From contig JAYQJW010000002.1 in NCBI GenBank assembly GCA_038142325.1, forward strand, positions 416,001-480,000: DNA of 64,000 nucleotides, written 5' to 3'. This document shows, one piece after another, positions 21,175-32,829 of this stretch (positions within the stretch are counted from its first letter, which is position 1; each line of letters starts with the position of its first letter). The translations under genes were made by a program, and so were the position numbers. The DNA comes from Gammaproteobacteria bacterium. GTDB lineage: Bacteria > Pseudomonadota > Gammaproteobacteria > GCA-002705445 > GCA-002716945. Under the pieces are notes generated by a model. That model was not told the origin of the DNA. It worked only from the letters and a program-made list of their open reading frames with translations, and made no database searches.

Positions 21175-22083
21175 ATGTTAAAACAAAGAACACTATCTAG
21201 CTCCATTACCGCAACAGGTGTAGGTCTTCACACAGGTAAAAAAATAAACTTAAAAATATGCCCAGGGAAATCAGACGATGGTATTGTTTTTATCAGAAAG
21301 GATTTATCAAATTTACCAATATCTGCATCTTTGAAAAACGTCCATGATACAAGATTATCCACAACCATTTCAAATGGTCAAGAATCTGTCTCTACTGTTG
21401 AGCATCTATTATCTGCATTTGCTGGTTTAGGTATTGATAACGCACGTGTTGAACTAGATGGACCTGAAGTTCCTATCATGGATGGAAGCTCAAGACCGTT
21501 CGTATTCTTATGTCAATCTGCTGGCATTTGTGAGCAAAACCATCCAAAGAAGTTTATTAAAATTGTAAAAGACATTGAGGTTAAACAGGGTGATAAATGG
21601 GCTAAGATTGAACCATTTGACGGGTTTAAAGTAGAATTTACAATTGACTTTGATCACCCTTTATTCCCAAAAGACACACAAACATCAACTATAGATTTCT
21701 CATCAGTTTCGTATTTAAGTCAAGTTAGTAGGGCAAGAACCTTTGGTTTTGCAAGAGATATAGAGAAACTAAGACAAAACAATCTAGCATTAGGTGGAAG
21801 TGTTAACAATGCGATTGTTATAGATGATTATAAAATTGTCAATGAAGATGGCTTAAGATACAAGGACGAATTTGTTAAGCACAAAATACTTGATGCCATT
21901 GGTGATTTATATCTTCTTGGTCATAGTATTATAGGTTCTTTTTCAGCTTTTAAATCAGGTCATCATTTAAATAATCTTTTGCTTAGAGAACTTGTGAACA
22001 ATCAAAATGCATGGGAAGAAGTAATAATAGAGGATGAGGTAAAATCACCGATATTATTTGCTCATACGACGGAGTCTATCTGA
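21175..22083 (+). CDS. lpxC: UDP-3-O-acyl-GlcNAc deacetylase
   Basis: QRTL, GVGLHTG, TVEHL, PIMDGS, ARTFGF, HKILD, GH. Confidence 0.98.
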   Translation: MLKQRTLSSSITATGVGLHTGKKINLKICPGKSDDGIVFIRKDLSNLPISASLKNVHDTRLSTTISNGQESVSTVEHLLSAFAGLGIDNARVELDGPEVPIMDGSSRPFVFLCQSAGICEQNHPKKFIKIVKDIEVKQGDKWAKIEPFDGFKVEFTIDFDHPLFPKDTQTSTIDFSSVSYLSQVSRARTFGFARDIEKLRQNNLALGGSVNNAIVIDDYKIVNEDGLRYKDEFVKHKILDAIGDLYLLGHSIIGSFSAFKSGHHLNNLLLRELVNNQNAWEEVIIEDEVKSPILFAHTTESI

Positions 22084-22342
22084 CTTTCACTTTAAGTTCT
22101 CTAATATTACATAAATCATTCTTGTTAAATATATCTAAGTATTTATCCTTTTCAAATCGCATGATACTGGCAACTGAACTATCATCACATTCTATTGTTA
22201 TACATGTGTCGCTATAGTTGATAACACGTATTTTATTCTGTAAGTTGGTTTCGATTGAATCGTTAAGAATTAGATTTAAACTATCTATATTCTCTTTTTT
22301 ATCAATTACTTTCTTTGGTATGAAATCCGATATCTTTTTCAT
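22076..22342 (-). CDS. Probable DciA (DUF721) family protein, divergent
   Basis: Small antisense ORF between lpxC and secA, the usual dciA position; [16 protein letters not shown] resembles the DUF721 core; start taken at MKKIS. Confidence 0.6.
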   Translation of the reverse strand: MKKISDFIPKKVIDKKENIDSLNLILNDSIETNLQNKIRVINYSDTCITIECDDSSVASIMRFEKDKYLDIFNKNDLCNIRELKVKVR

Positions 22343-22391
22343 AAAGTTCTCATTTATTGTATGATAAACCATATTTATTTATCTATAAAAT

Positions 22392-24975
22392 ATGATTGGT
22401 AACATAATAAAACAAGTTTTTGGTAGCCGTAACTCAAGAGTTCTCAAGGATTACGCATCTACAGTCAAACAAATCAATGCTTTAGAAGAAGTATATCTAA
22501 AGAAGTCTGATGAGGAATTAAAATTAGTTACATCTCAGCTGAAGCAGAAGTATATTACCACATCCAAAAACTTGGATGACATTCTTGTTGATGCGTTTGC
22601 AGCAGTAAGAGAAGCATCAAAGAGAACTCTTGGAATGAGACATTTTGACGAACAGCTACTTGGAGGAATTGCATTACATGAAGGAAAGATAAGTGAGATG
22701 AAGACGGGTGAGGAAAAACTCTTGTTAGCACTCTACCCGCATATCTAAATTCACTTAGCGGTGATCCTGTATACATTGTTACTGTAAATGATTATTTGGC
22801 TGAAAGAGATTCTAAGTGGATGGGAATAATTTATGAATTCTTAGGATTATCTGTTGGCTACATTAATAGTATGGTACCCCCAAATCATAGAGAAGAAGTT
22901 TATAAATCAAATATAATTTATGGCACTAATAATGAGTTTGGTTTCGATTACTTAAGAGATAATATGGTTTTGGATAAAAAACATAAATGTCAGACTAAAC
23001 TAAGTTATGCAATAATTGATGAAGTAGATTCTGTTCTTATTGATGAAGCTAGAACACCACTAATTATCTCTGGCTCAAATAATAAGACTAATAAAATTTA
23101 TTCTCTTATCAATAAAATAATAGAAAACTTTTTATCAATTGATGGAGATAATTACATACTTGAAGAAAAACAAAAATCTGTATCTTTAACGGAAGAGGGT
23201 CAATCACAAGTTGAGAAACTTTTACTTAAGAATAACTTAATTGAATCTTCATCAGATATTTATAATATAGAAAATATTCAATTATTTAGTCACATTGACT
23301 CTAGTCTTAGAGCTCATCTTATTTATAAAAAAGATAAAGATTATGTAGTAGAGAATAATGAGATAATCATTATAGATGAATTTACTGGAAGAAAGATGCC
23401 GGGGAGACGGTGGTCAGAAGGTTTGCATCAATCGATTGAGGCAAAAGAGAATGTTACAATCAAACAAGAAAATCAGACATATGCATCTATTACATTTCAA
23501 AATTACTTTAGAATGTTTGACAAAATATGTGGAATGACAGGAACTGCTGATACTGAGGCAGAAGAGTTCCATCAAATTTATAATTTAGAGGTAATCCAAA
23601 TTCCTCCTCACAAAAAAATGATAAGAGATGATAAGGTGGACTTGGTCTTTCTGACTCAAAAAGAAAAATATGAAAGAATACTACATGAGATTATAGAAAT
23701 TAATAAAACTCAACAACCTATATTAGTTGGCACTACATCTGTTGAATCATCAGAGTCAATATCAAAAATATTGAAGAGTAGAAAAATCAATCATTCTGTA
23801 TTAAATGCTAAATATCACCAAAAAGAGGCTGAAATTATTGAAAATGCAGGTGCACTTAATTCTATTACTATAGCTACAAATATGGCTGGAAGAGGAACTG
23901 ATATCGTCTTGGGTGGTAAGAAAAATGATAAGAATATAGATGAATGGGAAAAAAATAACCAAAAGGTAAAATCTCTCGGAGGTCTATATGTTATTGGCAC
24001 AGAAAGACATGAGTCTAGAAGAATAGATAATCAACTTCGAGGAAGATCTGGTAGACAGGGAGATCCAGGAATATCTAGATTTTTTCTATCATTAGAAGAC
24101 AACCTGATGAGAATATTCGCGTCTGATAAAGTATCAGAAATCATGAAGAAATTAGGAATGGAACAAGGTGAGGCGATAGAGCATAAATGGGTGTCAAAAT
24201 CTATTGAAAATGCTCAGAAAAGAGTTGAAGCCCATAACTTTGATATTCGTAAAACATTGCTTGAATATGATGATATTTCTAATGAACAGAGGAAATTAAT
24301 ATATCAACAAAGAGATTTCATACTCGATAACAATAGTACAACATTGATATCTAATCTCTCTTCAAACTATTCTCAAGATTTTATAGATTTTAATTTAGAT
24401 TTTTAACATCACATGATACAAAACTCTCAGATTTTAATGAAACTCTTAAATCTGATTTTTTAATTGATATTAATTTAGATGATATGATTGCTAATAATCA
24501 GCTAGATAAAGATTCACTATATACTGATTTAAAAAACCTTCTTGAAAATAGAGTAATTAGTTTGATTGATAATTTAAAACATCAGGAACAAGATGATTTG
24601 ATAAGAAATATTTCTCTAGCTGTTTTAGATGAGGAATACAGGAATCATTTAAGCTCAATGGATTATCTAAGACAGTCAATAGGTTTAAGAGGCTATGCTC
24701 AAAAAAATCCAAAAAATGAATATAAAAAAGAATCATTTGAAATGTTTAATTTAATGCTAACAGATATTACCAAAGAAATATTAAAGATTTGTTGTAGGAT
24801 AAAAATTGATACCTATATCAATAAGCATGAAGTCAATGAAAATAAAAATATGCTAGAAAAAAAATCAAATGATCCAGCATGTCTTTTAAATCACAATCAA
24901 GGTGAGATTCCTAGAAATAAAAGATGTCCTGTAACAAATTTGAAATTTAAACAATGTTGTGGGAAATTATCATGA
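22392..24975 (+). CDS. secA: Preprotein translocase ATPase SecA (frameshifts near 22712 and 24400)
   Basis: EMKTGEGKT after correction, [55 protein letters not shown]. Confidence 0.98.
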
Positions 24976-26132
24976 CTTCAAAATTTGTAACATTAAAATT
25001 AGGTATAAAAAACAATAGCATTGATGGTTTATTAATTAAACTTCCTTCTACTTCCTCTACCGCCATGATATCAACAAAAAATAAATTTGCTGCAGCACCT
25101 GTAATACTTTCAAGAAAAAATATAAAAACTGGTCGCACGTTATTTGTATTCATAAACTCTGGTAATGCAAATGCCTGTACTGGAAAAATAGGCCTGGAAA
25201 ACTGTAATAAAATTCTTCTTCTTTTATCTGAAAAACTTGCATGTAATAAAGAGGATATCCTAATTATGTCGACAGGAATCATTGGGAGACAGCTTCCTAT
25301 GAAGAATATAATTAAATCTATACAGAATAGTGATTTCAATAAATATGCAAGTATTAAAAATGCTGCAACTGCAATCATGACTACAGATAAATTTCCAAAA
25401 TATTTAACTAAAGCTTATAACATTAATAATAAGCGCATTATTTTTAAAGGAATATGTAAAGGCGCAGGAATGATTGAGCCAAACATGGCTACAATGCTCT
25501 CATTCATTGAGACAAACGCACATTTATCTAAATCGCTTCTTAAGAAGTATCTTAAACAATGCGCAGATTTATCTTTTAATTCTATTTCTGTTGATGGAGA
25601 TATGTCAACAAATGACACAGTTGTTTTCTCATCGTGTGGGGATATTAAATTAAATTTTAAAAATAAATCAATTGAAAAAGAATTTATCTCATGTGCATCT
25701 GATTTTTTTGTAAACCTTTCTAATATGATAGTAAAAGATGGAGAAGGTGCAACAAAAATTATAAAACTAAATATTATAAATGCTAAAAATCAACTTCTTG
25801 CACTCAAGTATAGGCAGAAAAATTTCCAACTCTCTTCTTGTTAAGACTGCTATGTATGGTGCAGATCCAAATTGGGGAGAATTATTGCAAGTCTAGGATC
25901 TATAGATTCTCAATTTATTAATCCAAACAAAAATAAATTATTGATTAATAATATTTTATGCTTCAGGGATGGTGTACCTGTAGATGCTGGTTCTAAAAAG
26001 CTCGCTAAATCAATGAACAATAAAAATATTGAAATTACATTAGATTTACATAATGGTAATAGCCAACAAAGTATATATTTTTCTGATTTATCTCATGAAT
26101 ATGTCAGTATAAATTCTGAATATACTACATAA
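24972..26132 (+). CDS. argJ: Ornithine acetyltransferase (frameshift near 25800)
   Basis: NSGNANACTG, STGIIG, IMTTD, KGAGMIEPNMATML, STNDT, DGEGATK, DPNWGRI, EYTT. Confidence 0.96.
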
Positions 26133-27027
26133 TGAATCCCGAAATAATTGAAATTTCAATTGGTTTAATTCAAATTAATTCGTCATATGTTTGTATAAAA
26201 CGTAACGAGGAACCATACAAAGATCATATAGAATTTCCTGGAGGAAAAAAGAAATCAAATGAAACGTCCAGTCATATGTCTTATTCGAGAGCTTAAAGAA
26301 GAATTAGATATTGATATAAAAAAATTTAAATTGATTACATCAATCAAACATAATTATATAAAAAAATTAATTATAATAAATGTTTATAAAATTCATAAAT
26401 ATTCAGGAACTATTAAATCCAATGAGGAAAGGGACATAATATATTTTAATCATTATGATTCACATAAAGTTCTGCCAACACATTTTGATGTATTGAACCT
26501 ACATAAAATACCAAAACTTCTGAAAATTATATCTAAAGAAGCATTAAATAAAATCTCTGATGAAAGTCTAAATTTATTTTCTCACATAAGACTAAGGGAT
26601 ATATCATATAGTTTTTATAAAAAATATATAGAGGAGAAACTATTAGAATTTAACTTTAATGGTAATTTAATCATTGATTATCCTCATAACATTGACTGGG
26701 AAGATAAATATTATGGAATTCATTACAAAAGTTGTTTCATAAGAAATGTTAATCAGCAGAAAAAAGACTCAGTGTTATATTCAGCGTCATGTCACAACCT
26801 CAAAGACATTGAACTTTGTAACGAACGACCATTCAATTTTATATTACTATCACCGGTACTTGAGTCACATCATGATTATTCGCCTTTAGGTTGGCAGGAT
26901 TTTCTGATTTATCAAAATTATCTTACAAACCAACTCTAGCTCTCGGCGGAACAAGCTCTCGAAATGATGATCTAATTACGTGTATCAATAATATGGTTTT
27001 GGCTTATCAGGTATAAGATATTTCTAA
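26132..27027 (+). CDS. MutT-like Nudix hydrolase fused to a degenerate thiamine-phosphate-synthase-like domain (frameshifts)
   Basis: EFPGGK...RELKEELDI Nudix box; SASCH, LLSPV, LGW, ALGG, GIR in C-terminal half; usual position after argJ. Confidence 0.8.
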
Positions 27028-27789
27028 TTATATATAACAAAGATCCAACACAAAATTTATATCTTGGTTCAATCTTATAATTTTATTATTATCATCAATT
27101 GTCATAAAAGCAATAGTTGCTCTTTGAGGACCTACACTTATTTTAGGAAAAAAATAATTATCTGTTTTCATTGTCACTCTTAATAGTCTAATCTTTTTTT
27201 CTATATCCATTTTGAATAGATACATTCCATCCTTAGCAGTTATTTCAACAGTTTCAGAGCTTTTCCTGAGTAGATCAAGGCAAAAGAAAATGGAGTTTTC
27301 AATAGGTTTAATTAATTCTAACCATAGATTAATTTGGTTTTTTCTAAAGTCATGATCTCTGGAAAGCCAATAATCTAGATCAGGACATGATGTATTAATA
27401 TGTTTGATAATTGTTTGAAGTAACTCATCATTTTTTAAGACATTTAAATAATTTGCCTCTAAGTCATGTAAGGTTTTAAGAATAGCGTTCTGTTTTTCCA
27501 TTATTGAATTTAATTTAATTTTATCTGCCCGATCAAATTTGATGTATTCTTGATACCGCACTTTGTGAGTCTCAATCTCAGATATAAGATCTCGCTTTAT
27601 TTCACTTCTAGTTAAATTAATAAATAGTTCGGAAATATTTAATAATGTTGAATATGCATCATACTTTGAATCAATATCCATATGATTATTTATCTTCATA
27701 TAAATATTTTCAAATCTAAGAAACTTTCTGATTCTTTCATCAACAGGTTGTTCATAGATTGAAGCGTGTATATCAGAAAAATTATTCAT
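27028..27789 (-). CDS. zapD: Z-ring associated protein ZapD
   Basis: YEQPVDERIRKFLRFE, RSEIKRDL, LLR, FPKIS; downstream of coaE. Confidence 0.88.
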   Translation of the reverse strand: MNNFSDIHASIYEQPVDERIRKFLRFENIYMKINNHMDIDSKYDAYSTLLNISELFINLTRSEIKRDLISEIETHKVRYQEYIKFDRADKIKLNSIMEKQNAILKTLHDLEANYLNVLKNDELLQTIIKHINTSCPDLDYWLSRDHDFRKNQINLWLELIKPIENSIFFCLDLLRKSSETVEITAKDGMYLFKMDIEKKIRLLRVTMKTDNYFFPKISVGPQRATIAFMTIDDNNKIIRLNQDINFVLDLCYI

Positions 27790-28344
27790 GTTTTGATAAT
27801 TCCTTCATTAAAATATTGATTTAGCATGCATGGACTGACTTATATTTTCAAGAATAATATTGCAGGATTTTTTAATAATTTCATAGTCATTTTGAATGCT
27901 ATCGAGTTGATCAAAAATATCTATATCATTCTTATTATTAGTATTATATCTTTCACGCCTGACCTGTTTGGGAGCATCTACATATATAGAATTATATTTC
28001 TTAAAAAGGAATTGATTATTTATTATAGGAGGAAGTTCAATCATGGAATTATCACTTTTACTAAATATATCTGAGATCATTTCATATATAATGGGATGAA
28101 TAATATTTTCAATTTCCTCTTTATTTTTTCTTGATTTAAAAAAATAATCTCTAATATCATCTTTAAAATTTTTCCTTGTTTGTTTTATACCGATATTATT
28201 TTTTAATTGATTTATTACACTTTCATCCTCATAAAGTTTAGAAACAATCTCATCAGATTTATAGGTTTGAAAGTTATAATTCTTTGCTACATCTAGAAGT
28301 GTGCTTTTTCCAGAACATACAAGTCCTGTAACAAGGTAATTCAT
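27786..28344 (-). CDS. coaE: Dephospho-CoA kinase (divergent; probable C-terminal frameshift)
   Basis: VTGLVCSGKST P-loop, IENIIHP, VDAP; upstream of zapD. Confidence 0.85.
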
Positions 28345-28424
28345 TATCTAAGGATGACGGTTAATGTGATTCCAATTATCAATATAATAATTAGAGTGAG
28401 CAATAAAGGTTGTCTTCTAGTCAT
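28344..28424 (-). CDS. Putative 26-aa single-TM small protein
   Basis: MTRRQPLLLTLIIILIIGITLTVILR; ATGA overlap upstream and TAATG overlap with coaE start. Confidence 0.5.
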   Translation of the reverse strand: MTRRQPLLLTLIIILIIGITLTVILR

Positions 28425-28609
28425 TTTTTATTTGGACATTGATTAATTTGACTTTCAGTACGACATAGATTCTTTTCCAGTACATGAAAACAGCACTAGC
28501 CACACATAACCATATCATTTGTATCTTTAATTATTTCTCTAGATTGCTTGTTCCTTTTGAGAAAGAAATAAGCGACAATTATAACTGAAAGTATTAGGAT
28601 AATTTTCAT
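28421..28609 (-). CDS. PP0621-like small membrane protein with Cys motif; in-frame TAG at 28496-28498
   Basis: MKIILILSVIIVAYFFLKR...DMVMCG*CCFHV...LC...QCPNKK; TM then MVxCxxCxxHV pattern; near nadE/bamD. Confidence 0.5.
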
Positions 28610-28660
28610 ACTTTTTATAATGGATTTTTTACATAATAATTTCAACTATTAAATAAATCA

Positions 28661-29410
28661 ATGATGAATGATCAAGATACAATTAGACATATAGTTGATT
28701 GGATTAATCAATATGTCAGGAATATGCCAAAACCGGCCGAAAGTTTGATTGTTGGTATATCCGGAGGTATCGACTCTTCACTTACAAGTACATTAGCCAG
28801 CATGACGGGCATAAAAACTTTTGCTGTTTCAATGCCTATCAATACTAATGACAATGATACTAATCTTGGGCACGTGCATGGTAAATGGTTAGAAGGGAAA
28901 TTCAATAATACAAGTCTTGTTAATATTGACCTAACATCTACATATAAAATATTTAATTCAACTATTTGTGATGTAAATCAAAAATCTGACTTAGGCTTTG
29001 CAAATTCTAAATCTAGATTAAGAATGGTCACATTATATCAAGTTGCTGCTGCTCAAAATGGAATTGTAGTAGGTACTGGTAATAAAGTTGAGGATTTTGG
29101 CGTTGGCTTTTATACAAAATATGGTGATGGAGGAGTTGATATTGCTCCTATAGCTGATCTCATGAAATCTGAAGTTAAAAGTTTGTCACAAAGTCTTGGT
29201 ATTGATCAAAGAATTATCGAAGCACCTCCTCGCGATGGACTCTGGGATGATGATCGAACTGATGAGACTCAGCTTGGGTTATCATATGATGAATTAGAAG
29301 ATGCAATGATGAATGCAGAATCAGGAAATAGACAAAAATATGATTCTATTCGTAAAAATAACCTGCACAAAATGTTGCCAATTCCGGTGTGCAAAATACC
29401 TAGATCTTAA
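28661..29410 (+). CDS. nadE: NH3-dependent NAD+ synthetase
   Basis: GISGGIDS, N.KSRLRM, GTGNKVE, FYTKYGDG, DGLW...TDE; no glutaminase domain. Confidence 0.95.
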   Translation: MMNDQDTIRHIVDWINQYVRNMPKPAESLIVGISGGIDSSLTSTLASMTGIKTFAVSMPINTNDNDTNLGHVHGKWLEGKFNNTSLVNIDLTSTYKIFNSTICDVNQKSDLGFANSKSRLRMVTLYQVAAAQNGIVVGTGNKVEDFGVGFYTKYGDGGVDIAPIADLMKSEVKSLSQSLGIDQRIIEAPPRDGLWDDDRTDETQLGLSYDELEDAMMNAESGNRQKYDSIRKNNLHKMLPIPVCKIPRS

Positions 29411-30249
29411 AATAAACCTAAATCGAAGAAAGAGCTCTCTATTTTTTCTTCTTTTTTGATATTTTTATCATGAATTAGGACTTTACCATTCTGATTAACT
29501 TTATAAGAATAATTTGAATAGTTTGTTACCAGTACTTTTGCATTATCTAATGCTAAATTAAAAGATCCAAGATTATTATAGCTCTCTATTAAAATGAGAA
29601 GAGCATCTTTGGTTGCAGGGGCCCCCGGATAAGTCTCAAGCATATATTTTGCTCTCTCACTTGATGCGACATAAGCTCCACGTTTGAGATAGTAATTTGC
29701 AATGTATGTTTCATGTTTCGCCATACTATTTCTTAAAAAGATCAGTCTATTTTCAGCATCATCAGCATACTTACTGCCTTTGAACCTATTACTAATTTCG
29801 AGGAAGTCATTGTAGGCTCTTTTGAGACGTGTTACATCATATTTGGAGATATCTTGACCAAGTATTTCTTGAAAAAAAGGTTGCTCTTTTTCAAGATTAG
29901 ATAAAGCTCTCATGTAATAAGCATAGTCAACCTTCGGATGATTTGGATATAAATCTATGAACTTATCACATTCTGCAATCGTGTCGTCTTTTTGACCAAA
30001 GTCATAATATGCAAATGCAAGATCAAGTATTGATTGTTGTGAATATGTGGAAAACGGAAATCTAGCTTCAAGTATTTCAAATACTGTGACTGCCTGCGGT
30101 ATGTCTGCATTAGCTAGAAATCCTGAACCTTCATTGTATAATTCAACTTCTGACATTCCCTCATAAGGATCAACTTTAGCCTTTTCTAAAACTGCGCAAC
30201 TACTCAAACAAAATAAAAATACAATTAATGAAAGATTAAATTTTTTCAT
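29407..30249 (-). CDS. bamD: Outer membrane protein assembly lipoprotein BamD
   Basis: Lipobox LSSC, RFPFSTY, FIDLYPNHP.VDYAYY, HE..IA.YY..RGAY; divergent from rluD. Confidence 0.95.
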   Translation of the reverse strand: MKKFNLSLIVFLFCLSSCAVLEKAKVDPYEGMSEVELYNEGSGFLANADIPQAVTVFEILEARFPFSTYSQQSILDLAFAYYDFGQKDDTIAECDKFIDLYPNHPKVDYAYYMRALSNLEKEQPFFQEILGQDISKYDVTRLKRAYNDFLEISNRFKGSKYADDAENRLIFLRNSMAKHETYIANYYLKRGAYVASSERAKYMLETYPGAPATKDALLILIESYNNLGSFNLALDNAKVLVTNYSNYSYKVNQNGKVLIHDKNIKKEEKIESSFFDLGLF

Positions 30250-30266
30250 GGGTATATCATTATATC

Positions 30267-31211
30267 ATGGAAGGAAACAATGTTTACAACTTTACGTTGG
30301 AGATAGATAAAGAGGATAGACTTGATAAACATCTTAAAAATCATTTTCCAGAGTATTCAAGAGCAACTATCCAAAAATGGATAAAAAACGACAACGTTAA
30401 AATAGACGGAAAAACATGTGCTCAAAAAGATATAATTAAATCAAGTTGTAATGTTTCCATTGTTATTACTTCTAAACCTGAAGTCAATTTAATTGCCGAA
30501 GATATTGATCTTGATGTGATACATGAATGTAGTGAATATATTGTTGTTAACAAACCATCTGGCATGGTGACGCATATTGCACCGGGTCATCTTGCTGGTA
30601 CTCTGCAGAATGCTCTATATTATAGATATCCAGATTTAGCAAATGTCCCACGTACAGGGATAATTCATCGCCTTGACAAGGATACATCTGGAGTACTTGT
30701 AGTTGCAAGAAACCTGATTGCACACAACTACTTAAGCACTCAATTACAAGAGCATAAATTTGAAAAAACTTATCATGCTATTATTTCTAGAGTATTAGAT
30801 AAACCTACTACAATAGAAGAAAATATAGGTAGACATCCAATAAATAGAAAAAAAATGACTGTCACAAGTAATGGCAAGCATGCAAAATCTATAGTCAAAC
30901 CAATAACTAATTTAGTTAACTCCTCTCATGTTGAAATTAAAATTATAACTGGACGCACTCATCAGATAAGAGTACATATGTCTTTCCTCAATCATCCTAT
31001 CATTGGAGATAAACTATATGGATATAGAAAAAATATTTTTAACAAATATCCAAATCTTCTAAAACATATTGATCCAACTTTTGGTCAATACTTACATGCT
31101 TACTCTTTATCATTTAGAGACAATATTTCTGGAAGAATGAAATCCTTCAATGCAAGTTATCCAACTCAATATAATTCTTTACTTGAAAACATGAATGAAC
31201 ATTTATCATGA
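30267..31211 (+). CDS. rluD: 23S rRNA pseudouridine synthase RluD
   Basis: S4 RLD, VNKPSG, HRLDKDTSG, TGRTHQIRVH, GDKLYG. Confidence 0.95.
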   Translation: MEGNNVYNFTLEIDKEDRLDKHLKNHFPEYSRATIQKWIKNDNVKIDGKTCAQKDIIKSSCNVSIVITSKPEVNLIAEDIDLDVIHECSEYIVVNKPSGMVTHIAPGHLAGTLQNALYYRYPDLANVPRTGIIHRLDKDTSGVLVVARNLIAHNYLSTQLQEHKFEKTYHAIISRVLDKPTTIEENIGRHPINRKKMTVTSNGKHAKSIVKPITNLVNSSHVEIKIITGRTHQIRVHMSFLNHPIIGDKLYGYRKNIFNKYPNLLKHIDPTFGQYLHAYSLSFRDNISGRMKSFNASYPTQYNSLLENMNEHLS

Positions 31212-31933
31212 TTACTAGATATAAAATAGACTGGAAAGTACCTAGTAACATTGAATTTTTTATCTCAACCAATCAGTCGGGTTTTAGTAGAGAAAAATTC
31301 AAACATGCAAATTTCTCATTGAATGTTGGAGATAATCAAACAAATGTTCAATCCAATATTAATTGTCTAAAAAATCAACTTAATATAAATCATATTGTAT
31401 TTATGAATCAGACTCATTCAAACTTAGTCAGTAATGTATCAACCAACAGCAAGTATGCAGATAGTGATGCTATTTTTTCAAATGATAAACATATTGCTTG
31501 TGCTGTTTTAACTGCAGATTGCATACCTATCTTAATTACTAATAAAGCAGGTTCAATTATAGGTTGTATACATGCTGGATGGAAAGGACTTAGACATAAT
31601 ATTATTGAAAATTTTTTTAATGAACTTTCTAATATAAAAAAAGAAGATATCATGGTGTTACTAGGACCATGTATTTCCCAAAATAATTATGAGGTTGATG
31701 AAGATGTTTTGAATCAATTTCCAAAATATTCTAAAAGATTTGAAAAAGTGAAAAACGGTAAATATAAAATGAATCTTCGATATATTGCATATGATATATT
31801 ATCTGAAATTGGTATCACTGATGTTACAATATCAAAGTCATGTACTTTTGATGAGGGTTTTTACTCTTATAGAAAGGATGGTATTACTGGAAGATTTATT
31901 TCACTAATTTGGTTTAAGGATGCTTCAAGATAA
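31208..31933 (+). CDS. pgeF: Peptidoglycan editing factor PgeF/YfiH
   Basis: NQTHS, TADCIP, HAGWKG, GPCI, YSYR. Confidence 0.93.
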   Translation: MITRYKIDWKVPSNIEFFISTNQSGFSREKFKHANFSLNVGDNQTNVQSNINCLKNQLNINHIVFMNQTHSNLVSNVSTNSKYADSDAIFSNDKHIACAVLTADCIPILITNKAGSIIGCIHAGWKGLRHNIIENFFNELSNIKKEDIMVLLGPCISQNNYEVDEDVLNQFPKYSKRFEKVKNGKYKMNLRYIAYDILSEIGITDVTISKSCTFDEGFYSYRKDGITGRFISLIWFKDASR

Positions 31934-32829
31934 GATTAAAAATATAAAAATATTTCCTTTCATAGGGTTATTAATTATTTTAGGCCTTGTTTATGGGGGC
32001 TACACATTATATAGCAAAATTCAATTTTTATAAGTCATTTGCAAACAAGACTCGTGTAATATCCGTCGTTGCGAAAGAAGCGGAAATTAAACCTATTAAT
32101 AAGATATATCCTGCAACATCAGTGATAGAAGCTAATAGATCATTTGATGTCACATCAAAAACAAGTGGCATTTTAAATGATATTTTTTTTAACGAATCAT
32201 CTTTTGTAAAAAAAGGAGATAAGCTTTTTTCAATTCTATCAACTTCATCTATTGGAGAAATAGTTATATCTGCTCCCTTTAACGGGTTTGTGGGTATTAC
32301 TGATTTTAAAATTGGTGATGAATTAAAAAACGGCGACGTATTATTAACGCTTGATGATATGGTGACCATGAAAGCATATTTGTATTTACCAGAAAAAATT
32401 TTACCTCAATTAAAAGGACCTATCAAATACACTGCGTATTCAAAGTTATTTCCCAAAGAAAAATATACTGGAGTCATTACTAATATTAATCAAAGAGTTG
32501 ATGCTGAAACAAGAACAATCAAATCATATGCTTTGATTGATAATAAAAATGGAGCATTAAGGCCAGGTCTCTTGCTTAATATAGATATTATTCTAGAGGA
32601 AATTCCTGATGCTATTCTTGTTCCTGAACAGTCAATTCTAACCGCTGAGGATTATAGCTATGTTTTTATAGTTGAAGAAGATATTTCGAAACTTAAAAAA
32701 ATTACATCCGGTATTAACAATAAAGGTATGACACAAATTCTTTCTGGTATAAATGAGGGTGATCTTGTTGTAACACTAGGACAAGAGAAACTTAAAGATG
32801 GTTCAAAAATTAAATTAATTAGCGAATAA
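31920..32829 (+). CDS. RND membrane fusion (adaptor) protein, lacking a long hairpin; frameshift near 32025
   Basis: ATG 31920 MLQDKIK plus TM; VKKGD, APFNG, VD..TRT, LRPG, GD.VVT.G. Confidence 0.85.

Noticed and set aside
26132-27027. Nudix plus ThiE-like fusion as a novelty
   Set aside because: Known architecture at the secA-argJ locus in Gamma- and Betaproteobacteria
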